A stretch of 40,923 nucleotides of DNA, taken from NCBI GenBank assembly GCA_964514315.1, contig CAZEQF010000001.1:1-40923 (forward strand), read 5' to 3'. This document shows, in pieces, positions 1 through 8,292 of this stretch. The notes under the pieces were generated by a model that did not search any database, was not told where the DNA came from, and saw only the letters and a list, made by a program, of their open reading frames with translations. Both the position numbers and the translations under genes were made by a program. Each line of letters starts with the position of its first letter. The stretch's first letter is position 1. This DNA comes from an uncultured Singulisphaera sp. GTDB lineage: Bacteria > Planctomycetota > UBA1135 > UBA2386.

Positions 1-1588
1 GGCCGCCGCGCGAGCCGCCGGGGCCGCTGCGCTTCGGGCCGCCGTGGCCTCCACCGCCGCCGCTGCGTTGCGGGCCGCCTTGCCCGTGCGGGCGATCGCG
101 GCGCGGGCCGCCCTGTCCGTAGCTCGGCTTGCCGCCTTGCGGGCGCGGGGAGCCGCCTGCGGGGTGGTGCTTCGCCGGACGGCGTGGTTGGCGGGGCTCT
201 TCGCGCCGGAACGGATCGCCGTGCGGACGCGGCTCTTCGTCGTCAGCGACTGCGCCGAGCGACTTCGCGATCTCGGTCCAGTCCGAACGTTGCGCCTGGG
301 GCTGCTGCGCCTGCCGTGCGGGCTTGCTGTTGCTGTTGCCGCGGCGTGGCTGCTCTTCGCGCCGCTCGCGTTCGTCGGCCTCTGCGTCGATCTGCACCTT
401 CGGGCCGCCGGAGAAGTCGAGCTTGGCGACCGGCACGCGCTTGCGGATGAGCTTCTCGATGTCGCGCAGGTATTCGCGTTCGTCCGACGAGCAGAACGAG
501 ATGGCGATGCCGTCGCGTCCCGCGCGCGCCGTGCGGCCGATGCGGTGCACGTAGCTCTCGGGGATGTTCGGCAGGTCGAAGTTCACGACGTGCGTGACCT
601 CGGGAACGTCGATGCCGCGCGCCGCGATGTCGGTCGCCACGAGCACCGGCGTGGAGCCGTCGCGGAAGCCCTGCAGCGCGCGTTCGCGTTGTCCTTGCGA
701 CTTGTTGCCGTGGATCGCGAGCGCCTTGATGCCGACCTTGACGAGGTGCTTCACGACGCGGTCGGCGCCGTGCTTCGTGCGCGTGAACACCAGCGTGCGG
801 AAGAACTGCGGGTCCGAGAGCAGCGCGGCCAGCGCGTCGCGCTTGGAGTTCTGGTCGACGAAGCACACGCTCTGCTCGATGCGCTCGGTCGTCGCGGCGG
901 GCGGCGTCACTTCGACGCGCTCGGGCTGGCGCAGGTAGCCGCGCGAAAGCCGCGCGACGTCGTCTGGCATCGTCGCCGAGAACAGCAGCGACTGGCGATC
1001 CTGCGGCAACGCGCGCAGCACGCGCTCGACGTCGCGGATGAAGCCCATGTCGAGCATGCGGTCTGCCTCGTCGAGGACGAGGACTTCGACCGCCGACAGG
1101 TCGACGTGGCGCTGCTGCATCAGGTCGAGCAGGCGGCCTGGCGTGGCGACGAGGATGTCGCAGCCTTTCTGCATCGCCTTGATCTGCTGCATCATGCCGA
1201 CGCCGCCGTACATCACTTCGTGGCGCAGCCCGAGGTGCTTGCTGTAGTCGCGGCACGACTCGAGGATCTGGCTCGCGAGTTCGCGAGTCGGCGCGAGCAC
1301 GAGCGCGCGTGGGCGCTTGGACTCGAGGCGGCGCGGCGTGGTGTAGAGGTAGTGCAGGATCGGCAGCGCGAACGCGGCCGTCTTGCCGGTGCCGGTCTGC
1401 GCGATGCCGAGAAGGTCCTTGCCCTCCATCAGCAGCGGGATCGAGCGGGACTGGATCGGCGTCGGCGTCTCGTAGCCGCATTCGGCGAGCGCGCGCAGGA
1501 TCCGTTCGTGCAGTCCGAGCTTCGCGAAGGCGGAGGGCACGGCGGGGGACGCCGACGCATCGCGGTCGGCGGGCTTGTTGGGAATCAT
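1..1588 (-). CDS. DEAD-box ATP-dependent RNA helicase (RhlE-like); its 3' end runs off the left window edge
   Basis: Absent from the supplied ORF track because there is no in-window stop. My own translation from ATG 1588-1586 gives MIPNKPADRD... It carries FAKLGLHERILRALAECGYETPTPIQ (Q motif), AQTGTGKT (motif I), PTRELA (Ia), VLVLDEADRMLDMGF (DEAD), SAT (III) and HRIGRTARAG (VI). An Arg/Gly/Pro-rich tail is still open at position 1. Confidence 0.93.
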   Translation of the reverse strand, partial: MIPNKPADRDASASPAVPSAFAKLGLHERILRALAECGYETPTPIQSRSIPLLMEGKDLLGIAQTGTGKTAAFALPILHYLYTTPRRLESKRPRALVLAPTRELASQILESCRDYSKHLGLRHEVMYGGVGMMQQIKAMQKGCDILVATPGRLLDLMQQRHVDLSAVEVLVLDEADRMLDMGFIRDVERVLRALPQDRQSLLFSATMPDDVARLSRGYLRQPERVEVTPPAATTERIEQSVCFVDQNSKRDALAALLSDPQFFRTLVFTRTKHGADRVVKHLVKVGIKALAIHGNKSQGQRERALQGFRDGSTPVLVATDIAARGIDVPEVTHVVNFDLPNIPESYVHRIGRTARAGRDGIAISFCSSDEREYLRDIEKLIRKRVPVAKLDFSGGPKVQIDAEADERERREEQPRRGNSNSKPARQAQQPQAQRSDWTEIAKSLGAVADDEEPRPHGDPFRREEPRQPRRPAKHHPAGGSPRPQGGKPSYGQGGPRRDRPHGQGGPQRSGGGGGHGGPKRSGPGGSRGG

Positions 1589-2490
1589 CGAGTGGGGGCG
1601 GGAGTCGGATCGAGCGCCGCAGTCTCGCGGCGAGCTTGCTCGATGCGCTCCGAAGGGACGCGGCGCAGATCGCGCGCGAGCCCCGTGCGGGCCATGAGCC
1701 AGATCCACCACTTCGTCGGGTCGTAGTGGAACCAGCGGACACCGTTGCGGTAGTCCGCCTGGAAGCGGTGGTGGAAGTTGTGGTAGCCCTCGCCGAACGT
1801 CAGCAGCGCGATCCAGAACGAATCGCGGGCCGAGACGCGGCGGCTGTAGGGCTGGCTGCCGAACATGTGGGTCAGCGAGTTGATGCAGAACGTCGCGTGC
1901 CACTGGATGCAGAGTCGCAGGAAGCCCGCGACGAGCAGGGCGCCCCAAGGGTCACCCCAGATCGCGCCGATCCCCATCGGCACCAGTGCGCCGAACAGAA
2001 GCGCGAGCAGCAGGTAGTGGCGGTGCTGGAACGTGACCAGCGGATCCTGCTGCAGGTCCTTGGCGAGCGGCACGTTTCCGCCGGGCACCTTGTGCATGAC
2101 CCAGCCGATGTGCGCCCACCAGAATCCCTTGCGGATGTCGTAGGGGTCGCCGTCCTGGTCGGTGTGCGCGTGGTGCGCGCGGTGGTCGCTCGCCCACTTG
2201 AGCGCCGAGTTCTGCACCGAGGCAGCCCCGAACACGAGGTAGAACAGGCGAAGGGGCAGCGAGGCCCGGTAGGCCCCGTGCGCGAACAGCCGGTGGTAGC
2301 CGCCCGTGATCGAGAGGCCACAGAACCCGCCCCAGACCGCCGCGAAAGCGAGGGTCCATGGCGAGCACTGGACAGCGATCAGGTAGACGATGGCTCCCGC
2401 TCCGCACAGATGCGCGATCGCCAGGAACGTCACGTTGACCCAATCGAACCGGAGTCGGTAGGGCGTTGCCGCTTGAGAGGTTGGGTTCAT
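1585..2490 (-). CDS. Membrane fatty-acid (acyl-CoA/acyl-lipid, delta-9 type) desaturase, 301 aa
   Basis: Frame of track ORF 1585..2958, trimmed to the internal ATG 2490 (MNPTSQAATPYRLRFDWVN...) because the upstream part is Arg/Pro-rich non-protein-like sequence. It has the three His boxes HRLFAH, HRAHHAHTD and HNFHH, separated by hydrophobic spans. Stop TGA 1587-1585 overlaps the helicase ATG (ATGA). Confidence 0.9.
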   Translation of the reverse strand: MNPTSQAATPYRLRFDWVNVTFLAIAHLCGAGAIVYLIAVQCSPWTLAFAAVWGGFCGLSITGGYHRLFAHGAYRASLPLRLFYLVFGAASVQNSALKWASDHRAHHAHTDQDGDPYDIRKGFWWAHIGWVMHKVPGGNVPLAKDLQQDPLVTFQHRHYLLLALLFGALVPMGIGAIWGDPWGALLVAGFLRLCIQWHATFCINSLTHMFGSQPYSRRVSARDSFWIALLTFGEGYHNFHHRFQADYRNGVRWFHYDPTKWWIWLMARTGLARDLRRVPSERIEQARRETAALDPTPAPTR

Positions 2491-2746
2491 CAGGAGCGAG
2501 CCAGGAGCCGCCTGGGGATCCTGGATTCGTGCCCAGGGGGAGGGCGCGAGGGGCGAAGTTTTACCACAAAGAGCCCGCAGTAGCCTGCCCCGTTCCGGCG
2601 GACATTTGCTGCGGGCATCCGGCGGGACAGGAGCCAGGGAAACTCGCAACGCTGGAAATCGAGGCCTTCCGCGTGCGCTTGCGGTCGGTCGGTTCTCAGG
2701 TGGGGTGTCCGCAGCGCGCCTTCCGGCTCGCGCGGTCCAGGCGACC

Positions 2747-4144
2747 ATGCAACCGACCCTCCAACTCGCGGCCTTCTCCCTCCTCGCGGCGTCTGCGCTC
2801 GCGCAGAACCCCTCCCTCCTGTTCACGACGAGCCAGCCCGAGCAGACCCTCTCGGGCAGCGGCGGCACGTCGCTCGCGTTCTTGCGGCCCAACGAGGTCG
2901 CGCAGTTCGACCTCTTCCCGTGCCCGTCGTTCTCGGCCGAGAAGTGGGGCACGCGCACGGTCTACGACACGATGGCCGGCGACTCGAATGCCGACGGCTG
3001 GATCCACGAAGCGCTCCGCTTCGGTGCAATCGACGCGTTGCTCGACATGCCGAACGCGGCCGGCACGACGGGCCTGCCGTCGCAGCGCACGGTGTTCTGG
3101 TCGCCGTCGCAGTCGATGGGCACTGCGATCAGCGGCCTGCCCGGCCTGCGGCCCGGCGACACGGCGCGCATCACCTACAACACGTCCGGCTTCGGCCAGG
3201 TGGAGCACTTCCTCACGGCTGAGGACCTCCAGATCGCGCTGGGCCTGCCGCCGTTCCCGCTCGTCGTCGACCTCGACGCGATCGCCGCGGATCCGAGCCT
3301 CGGCGTGTTCTTCTCGATCGACCAGAACCAGCCGGTCGCGACCGCCTGTGGCCTTGGCTTCGTGCAGGACGGCGACGTGCTCGTGATCCCGGCTGGCGCG
3401 ATCACGTGGACGCCCGACATGCGCGTGGCCGCGGTCATCCCGGGCTCGGCCGAGATGGTCTACCCCGAGCCGCTGATGGACGCGTTCGTCGCCGCCGCCA
3501 ACGTCGCGAACGCGAACGGCGTCTGCGTGACGCAGGTCGGCGACGTCGAAGGCCTCGAGATCGACTGGAACGGCGTGATCTTCGGCGTGCCGGGCTGCAC
3601 CGGCACGGTGACGGCGCGGCCGTCGCTGGTGTTCACGGCGAGCACGCTGACGGGTTGCGGCGTCCTGACCACCAACCTCGGCGGCCAGATCTACGCCCCG
3701 TCGTGCGCGCCGCTGGCGACGACCTGCGGATTCGGCGCCACGCTCGGCAACCAGATGGGCGTGCTGCCGCCGACGGCCGCCACGGGCGTGCCCAGCTACG
3801 TGAATGCGATCGCCGCCACGCGCACCCACGTGTTCGTGCTCGAGCCGCAGCAGCACATCGTGCCGCTCGGCAATCCCGCGGTCGTCGACATCAACTCGCC
3901 CGGCGGCTTCAACTTCGTGTTCGCGGCGCTGTCGCCGGCCACGGTCGCTCCCTGCGCGCCGTTCTTCAACTTCGCCTTCCCCGACATCTACGTCGCAGGC
4001 TGGGTCTGGAGCACGTTCACCGTCGGCACGTTCTCGACCTTCGCGACGCCGCCGATCAACGTCCCGGCCAAGATCGTGTTCCAGGCCGGCACGTTCCTCG
4101 GGCCGAACCTGCTGGTCAGCACGCCGGCGACGGTCGAGTTCTGA
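2747..4144 (+). CDS. Secreted protein of unknown function, 465 aa, 8 Cys
   Basis: Track ORF 2606..4144 trimmed to ATG 2747. MQPTLQLAAFSLLAASALA/QNPS looks like a Sec signal peptide. The protein is Gly/Ala/Thr/Val/Pro-rich with strong G/C third-position bias. I can name no domain. Confidence 0.8.
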   Translation: MQPTLQLAAFSLLAASALAQNPSLLFTTSQPEQTLSGSGGTSLAFLRPNEVAQFDLFPCPSFSAEKWGTRTVYDTMAGDSNADGWIHEALRFGAIDALLDMPNAAGTTGLPSQRTVFWSPSQSMGTAISGLPGLRPGDTARITYNTSGFGQVEHFLTAEDLQIALGLPPFPLVVDLDAIAADPSLGVFFSIDQNQPVATACGLGFVQDGDVLVIPAGAITWTPDMRVAAVIPGSAEMVYPEPLMDAFVAAANVANANGVCVTQVGDVEGLEIDWNGVIFGVPGCTGTVTARPSLVFTASTLTGCGVLTTNLGGQIYAPSCAPLATTCGFGATLGNQMGVLPPTAATGVPSYVNAIAATRTHVFVLEPQQHIVPLGNPAVVDINSPGGFNFVFAALSPATVAPCAPFFNFAFPDIYVAGWVWSTFTVGTFSTFATPPINVPAKIVFQAGTFLGPNLLVSTPATVEF

Positions 4145-4168
4145 CCGGCTGCGACCGGTGACGGTTGC

Positions 4169-5698
4169 TCAGGGCCGGAACCGATAGACCGAAACGTGCG
4201 CCAGCGAGCGTGGCTCGGCGAGTTGGCCGAGCCGCGCGACGAGACCCGGGTCCGCGCTGGCGCGCACGAGCACGAACGCGACGTCCGTCGAGATGCCGTT
4301 CCTGCGCCCGTAGTCGAGCCACGCGTCGAGCTCCGCCGCGGTGGCGACGCTGCCGACGAACATGAGGCCCGGCACGAACGCGCGCATCGGCACCTTGCGG
4401 TTCGTCAGCGCCACAGCGGCGCCTCGAGTGTGCGGCTCCGCCTCGGCCGCGAGGGCTGCGAATCCGCCGTCGTTCGGCCGGAAGGCGTGCACCAACGAGT
4501 GCGTCGATCCCGCGCCGTGCGCGATGCCCGCGAAGGTCGCGAGCAGCAGCGCATAGCCTTGTGCGCGTCCGGCTCGCGTGCTGGCCCGAAGCCGGCGCAC
4601 GCCGACCCAAGGCGCCACCGCTGCCAGCGTCGCGGCGCCCGCCATCATGGGCATCGACCAGAACGCGTGGTCGACGTAGTGGCGCAGGCTCGCGATGCAG
4701 CCGAGCGCCCCAGGCAACAGCAGCGCGAGCGACAGCCACAGCACGCGACGCCGTTCCGTCGGGGCGAGCCACGTGGATGCTGCGGCTCCGAGCAGCGCAA
4801 GCGCCCAGATCGACCACGATCCGTAGTCGAACATGACGTTGCGTGTCGCGGCGAGGAGTTCTGCGGACGTCGGGCGCGGCGGGCCTGGGTTCGCGGCGAG
4901 GCCGGCGAGCGCCTTCGCGACTCCGGTTGGCCCGCCGAGGAACGTCCCGTAGTGCAACGCGACCATCGCGAGCGACAGCAGCGAAACGCAGAACAGCACC
5001 GCGATCCCGCGCAGCGCCGCGCGGCGGTCGTTCGCGCCGAGCGCGAGCACGAACATCGCGAGTCCCCAGAAGTGGCCGAGGAAGTCGAACAACGTCGCGG
5101 CGAGGAACCACGCCGAAGCCGCGAGCAAACGTCTCGGCGCAGGCCGTTCGCACCAGCCGAGGAACGAAGCGCAGGCGCAGAGTCCCGCGGCGATCGTGGC
5201 GCCGTCGTGGCACACCATCGGCAGGAAGTAGCCGACCATCGCATTGCCGGCGAACAGCAGGGCCGCGAGTCCGCCGAAGGCCTGCGTGATCGCGCGACCC
5301 GCGAGGCTCCGCATCGCGAGGAACGCGGGGAGGACGAGCAGGATCGTCGTGAGCCGCAGCACCCATGGTTCGTTGCCGAGGACGCGCGCGAACGCGGCGA
5401 GGGTCAGCGGGAACAACGGCGGGTGGTGCCAGTGCCAGTGGCACACGGGTCCGAGCGCGGACTCGAACACCCAGCCCGGCGCGAGGCATGAGACCGAGGC
5501 CGGCCAGTCGAGGATCGTGTGGACGAAGCGCTCTTCGTAGATCGCGGCGTTCTCGCCGCGCAGTCCGTCTTCCCACGGGGCCGTGAGGTCGCGAAGCGCG
5601 CCGACAAGGAACAACGCCAGTGCTCCGGCCAGCAGCAAGTGGACCGAGCGCTGCCGCGGCGCGGCAGGCTGGCCAATGAGTTCTCCCGGTGAGGGCAT
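4169..5698 (-). CDS. Polytopic membrane protein, GT-C-fold glycosyltransferase-like (PMT/ArnT-like), 509 aa
   Basis: Track ORF 4169..5899 trimmed to ATG 5698 (MPSPGELIGQPAAPRQRSVHLLLAGALALFLVGAL...). It has many hydrophobic spans. After TM1 there is an acidic loop (APWEDGLRGENAAIYEE) followed by WHWHHPPLFPL, resembling the DE..Y / HPPL signature of GT39/GT83 enzymes. The soluble C-terminal part ends VYRFRP. It is a clear paralogue of 35321..36871. Confidence 0.82.
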   Translation of the reverse strand: MPSPGELIGQPAAPRQRSVHLLLAGALALFLVGALRDLTAPWEDGLRGENAAIYEERFVHTILDWPASVSCLAPGWVFESALGPVCHWHWHHPPLFPLTLAAFARVLGNEPWVLRLTTILLVLPAFLAMRSLAGRAITQAFGGLAALLFAGNAMVGYFLPMVCHDGATIAAGLCACASFLGWCERPAPRRLLAASAWFLAATLFDFLGHFWGLAMFVLALGANDRRAALRGIAVLFCVSLLSLAMVALHYGTFLGGPTGVAKALAGLAANPGPPRPTSAELLAATRNVMFDYGSWSIWALALLGAAASTWLAPTERRRVLWLSLALLLPGALGCIASLRHYVDHAFWSMPMMAGAATLAAVAPWVGVRRLRASTRAGRAQGYALLLATFAGIAHGAGSTHSLVHAFRPNDGGFAALAAEAEPHTRGAAVALTNRKVPMRAFVPGLMFVGSVATAAELDAWLDYGRRNGISTDVAFVLVRASADPGLVARLGQLAEPRSLAHVSVYRFRP

Positions 5699-5819
5699 GG
5701 GCTCCGCTGCGCGATCGTTCCGATTGCGCCTCCGGCCGCAAGTCCCCGGGCAGTCGTGCGGATCGACGAATCTCGCGGCAGAATGCGCGCCCCCCTTTCC
5801 CTGCAACCAAGGCAATCCC

Positions 5820-8054
5820 GTGCAGAAGAACTCGATCCTCGCACTGGCGTCGTTGTCCCTCGCGCCTCTGTTCGCCCAGAGCAACGCGGTCCCGGGCATG
5901 GACGCGCAGATCTACAACGTCGTCGACGTCGGCTACTTCGGCCGTCGCGGCGCGGCATACCCGAACGGCGAGGCCGGCTTCGGCGTCGGCCACAGCTACT
6001 GCAACTCGGGCACCGTGGACATCACCTGGGTCGCGAACAGCGGCGGCGTGATGGTCGACACGTATCCGAAGATTGCGTTCATGCTCGCGCGCGAACGCGA
6101 CGGGCGCATGGTGCAGGTCTCCGGCCGCAGCCACGCGAAGCACTCGCGTGCGGTGTTCAACTTCTCCAGCGGCCCGTGCGCGCCGTGCAACACGACCGGC
6201 GGCCAGTTCTTCTTCCGCGGCTGCTCGGACACCTACAGCAGCGGCATCAACAGCAATCGCTTCGACCTCGGCCCGACGACGGAGATCAATCCGTGGCTCG
6301 GCACGTGGAACTCGCAGGGCAGCTACTTCGATCGCGGAGACCCCGCGGTGGGCGGCGCGGCCGCGACTGATCGCGTGCAGTCGCTGACGAGCTCGCAGAC
6401 GGCGACGTTCGATGCAGTGAAGAACCGCGTCGAAGTGCGCGAGAGCGAGATCGCCGGCGGCGGCAACTTCTTCGGGCAGGTGCACCTGATGATCCAGGGC
6501 GAGCCCGTCGCGAACCGCGGCAACAACATCATGAGCCGCCCGTGCACGATCGCCTGGGGCGGTTCGGGCTGGTCTTCGGCGGTGACGGGCTCGTCGCTGA
6601 ACGGCTCGGTGCTCAACCAGTGGCAGGGCGCAACGGTCAACGTCGACGGCAACGGCGCGAATGACGGCCGCTTCGCGGTCGGCGTCAAGGTGACGGGCCC
6701 GGTCAACGGCCTGTGGCACTACGAGTACGCGGTGCACAACCTCGACAACTCGCGCGGCGGCGCGGCCCTTCGCATCCCGGTCGATGCGGGCGCGACGGTC
6801 GCGAACTTCGGCTTCCGCGACATCGATGCGGACTCGCTCAACCAGTGGACGGCCACGCGCACGGGCACGGAGATCGCGTTCAACGCGTCGTCGCTCGACA
6901 ACGCGATCGAGTGGAACACGATCTACAACTTCTGGTTCGACTGCTCGGTCGCGCCGTCGTTCGGCATCGTCAACGTCGATCAGGGCCGCGTCGGCCCCGG
7001 CAACCTCAGCGTCGCCGTCGCGAGCGAAGTGCCGAGCGGCATCCCGTCGGCGCGCGTGCAGTCGGTCGGCACGTCGTGCGGCGCATGCGCGAACTCGTTC
7101 TACGAGCTGTTCGCCAGCGGCGCGGCATTCGACCTGCAGAACCGCTCGGTCGGCATGCAGCTCTCGTCGTCGCAGTACCTCGTGACGATGGACTCGGCCA
7201 CGTGGGTCGCGCCTGCGGGCACGGCGGTCACGCTCGGGGACGACACGGACACGGTGGTCACGCTGCCGTTCACGCTGCCGTATCCGGGTGGAACGACGAC
7301 GTCGTTGCGCGTCTGCTCGAACGGCTTCGTCTCGGTCGCGAGCGGCAACGGCACCGGCTTCACGGCGTCGTCCGGCGCGTTCCTCTCGGGCGTCGCGCGT
7401 TGGGCTGGCCTGTGGCGCGACCTCAATCCGGCGACTGCCGGACAGGTGCTCGTCGACAGCACGCCGAGCCGCGTCGTCGTGAGCTTCGTCAACGTCGCCA
7501 ACTTCGGCGCGGCGACCGCGACGAACACGTTCCAGTACCAGTTCTTCCCGAACGGCCAGGCCAACATCGTGTGGCAGGCGATCGCGCAAGCGGGCGGCGC
7601 GCCGCTCGTCGGCTTCAGCCCCGGCGCTGGCGCGACGGACTCGGGCACGCGCGACCTGTCGAACGCGACGTCGTTCTCGCTGTGCCCTGGCGTGTTCACC
7701 GGCATCGCGCTCGGCGCGAGCGCGCGCCCGATCCTCGGCACGAATGTCGCGCTGACGATCTCGGGCATCCGCCCGACGGCACCGTGGGCATTGCTCGCGA
7801 TGTCGACGCAGCAGGCTGTGCCGGCGATCGACCTGACCTCGGCGGGCATGGAAGGCTGCCAGTCGCACGTGGTCGGCGGGTGGAGCTACCTCTACCTCGC
7901 GCCTGCTGGTTCGGCGGTGACCAACCTGTCGATCCCGACCGACCCGGTGTTCCTGGCGCTGCCCGTGGTGGCGCAGGGATTCGTCTGGGATCCGGGCCTC
8001 ACGACGCTCGGCGCGATCGCGACGAACGCGCAAGTGATGACCCTCGGCCTCTGA
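5820..8054 (+). CDS. Secreted protein of unknown function, 744 aa (GTG start)
   Basis: Frame of track ORF 5583..8054. The upstream in-frame ATG at 5697 abuts the start codon (5698) of the divergent gene, and the stretch up to 5820 does not look protein-like. GTG 5820 gives (M)QKNSILALASLSLAPLFA/QSNA, a canonical signal peptide. The protein is Gly/Ser/Thr/Asn/Ala-rich with no nameable domain, and a strong hairpin follows. Confidence 0.8.
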   Translation: MQKNSILALASLSLAPLFAQSNAVPGMDAQIYNVVDVGYFGRRGAAYPNGEAGFGVGHSYCNSGTVDITWVANSGGVMVDTYPKIAFMLARERDGRMVQVSGRSHAKHSRAVFNFSSGPCAPCNTTGGQFFFRGCSDTYSSGINSNRFDLGPTTEINPWLGTWNSQGSYFDRGDPAVGGAAATDRVQSLTSSQTATFDAVKNRVEVRESEIAGGGNFFGQVHLMIQGEPVANRGNNIMSRPCTIAWGGSGWSSAVTGSSLNGSVLNQWQGATVNVDGNGANDGRFAVGVKVTGPVNGLWHYEYAVHNLDNSRGGAALRIPVDAGATVANFGFRDIDADSLNQWTATRTGTEIAFNASSLDNAIEWNTIYNFWFDCSVAPSFGIVNVDQGRVGPGNLSVAVASEVPSGIPSARVQSVGTSCGACANSFYELFASGAAFDLQNRSVGMQLSSSQYLVTMDSATWVAPAGTAVTLGDDTDTVVTLPFTLPYPGGTTTSLRVCSNGFVSVASGNGTGFTASSGAFLSGVARWAGLWRDLNPATAGQVLVDSTPSRVVVSFVNVANFGAATATNTFQYQFFPNGQANIVWQAIAQAGGAPLVGFSPGAGATDSGTRDLSNATSFSLCPGVFTGIALGASARPILGTNVALTISGIRPTAPWALLAMSTQQAVPAIDLTSAGMEGCQSHVVGGWSYLYLAPAGSAVTNLSIPTDPVFLALPVVAQGFVWDPGLTTLGAIATNAQVMTLGL

Positions 8055-8068
8055 GCCGAGTTCACGCA

Positions 8069-8099
8069 CGAACGCGGGCGTGAAGGACGCCCGCGTTCG
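8069..8099 (+). terminator. Stem-loop terminator after 5820..8054
   Basis: Perfect 12-bp stem cgaacgcgggcg (8069-8080) / cgcccgcgttcg (8088-8099) with a 7-nt loop, 15 nt after the stop. There is no clear U tract. Confidence 0.55.
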
Positions 8100-8292
8100 G
8101 TCCTGGATCGTCGAATCGGCGCGCGCGGCCGCTGGTCGCCGCCGTCGCGCCGCGGATCGCAGCGCCGCCGTCGTGCAGGCGCGCATCCGCCGAACTCGCG
8201 CAGCGAACTTCCGCCGCGTGTCCCTGCGCACTCGCGCGCCTCGCATCGCGCGCGCCGTTGCGCAAAGATCCTCGCCCCGTCGAGATCCCATC

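Noticed and set aside
44-1726. A 560-aa plus-strand ORF, plus the 499-aa minus-strand ORF 243..1742.
   Set aside because: The first is antisense to the DEAD-box helicase and the second is out of frame with it. The helicase motifs are unambiguous in a third frame that the track missed because it has no in-window stop. Both translations are Arg/Ala-rich and feature-less.
4144-4159. A hairpin between the convergent genes at 4144/4169; also the palindrome agaggccggcctct at 35232-35245 and the hairpin at 40339-40354.
   Set aside because: The stems are only 5-7 bp, with no U tract, in a GC-rich background where such pairings arise by chance. They are not reported as terminators.
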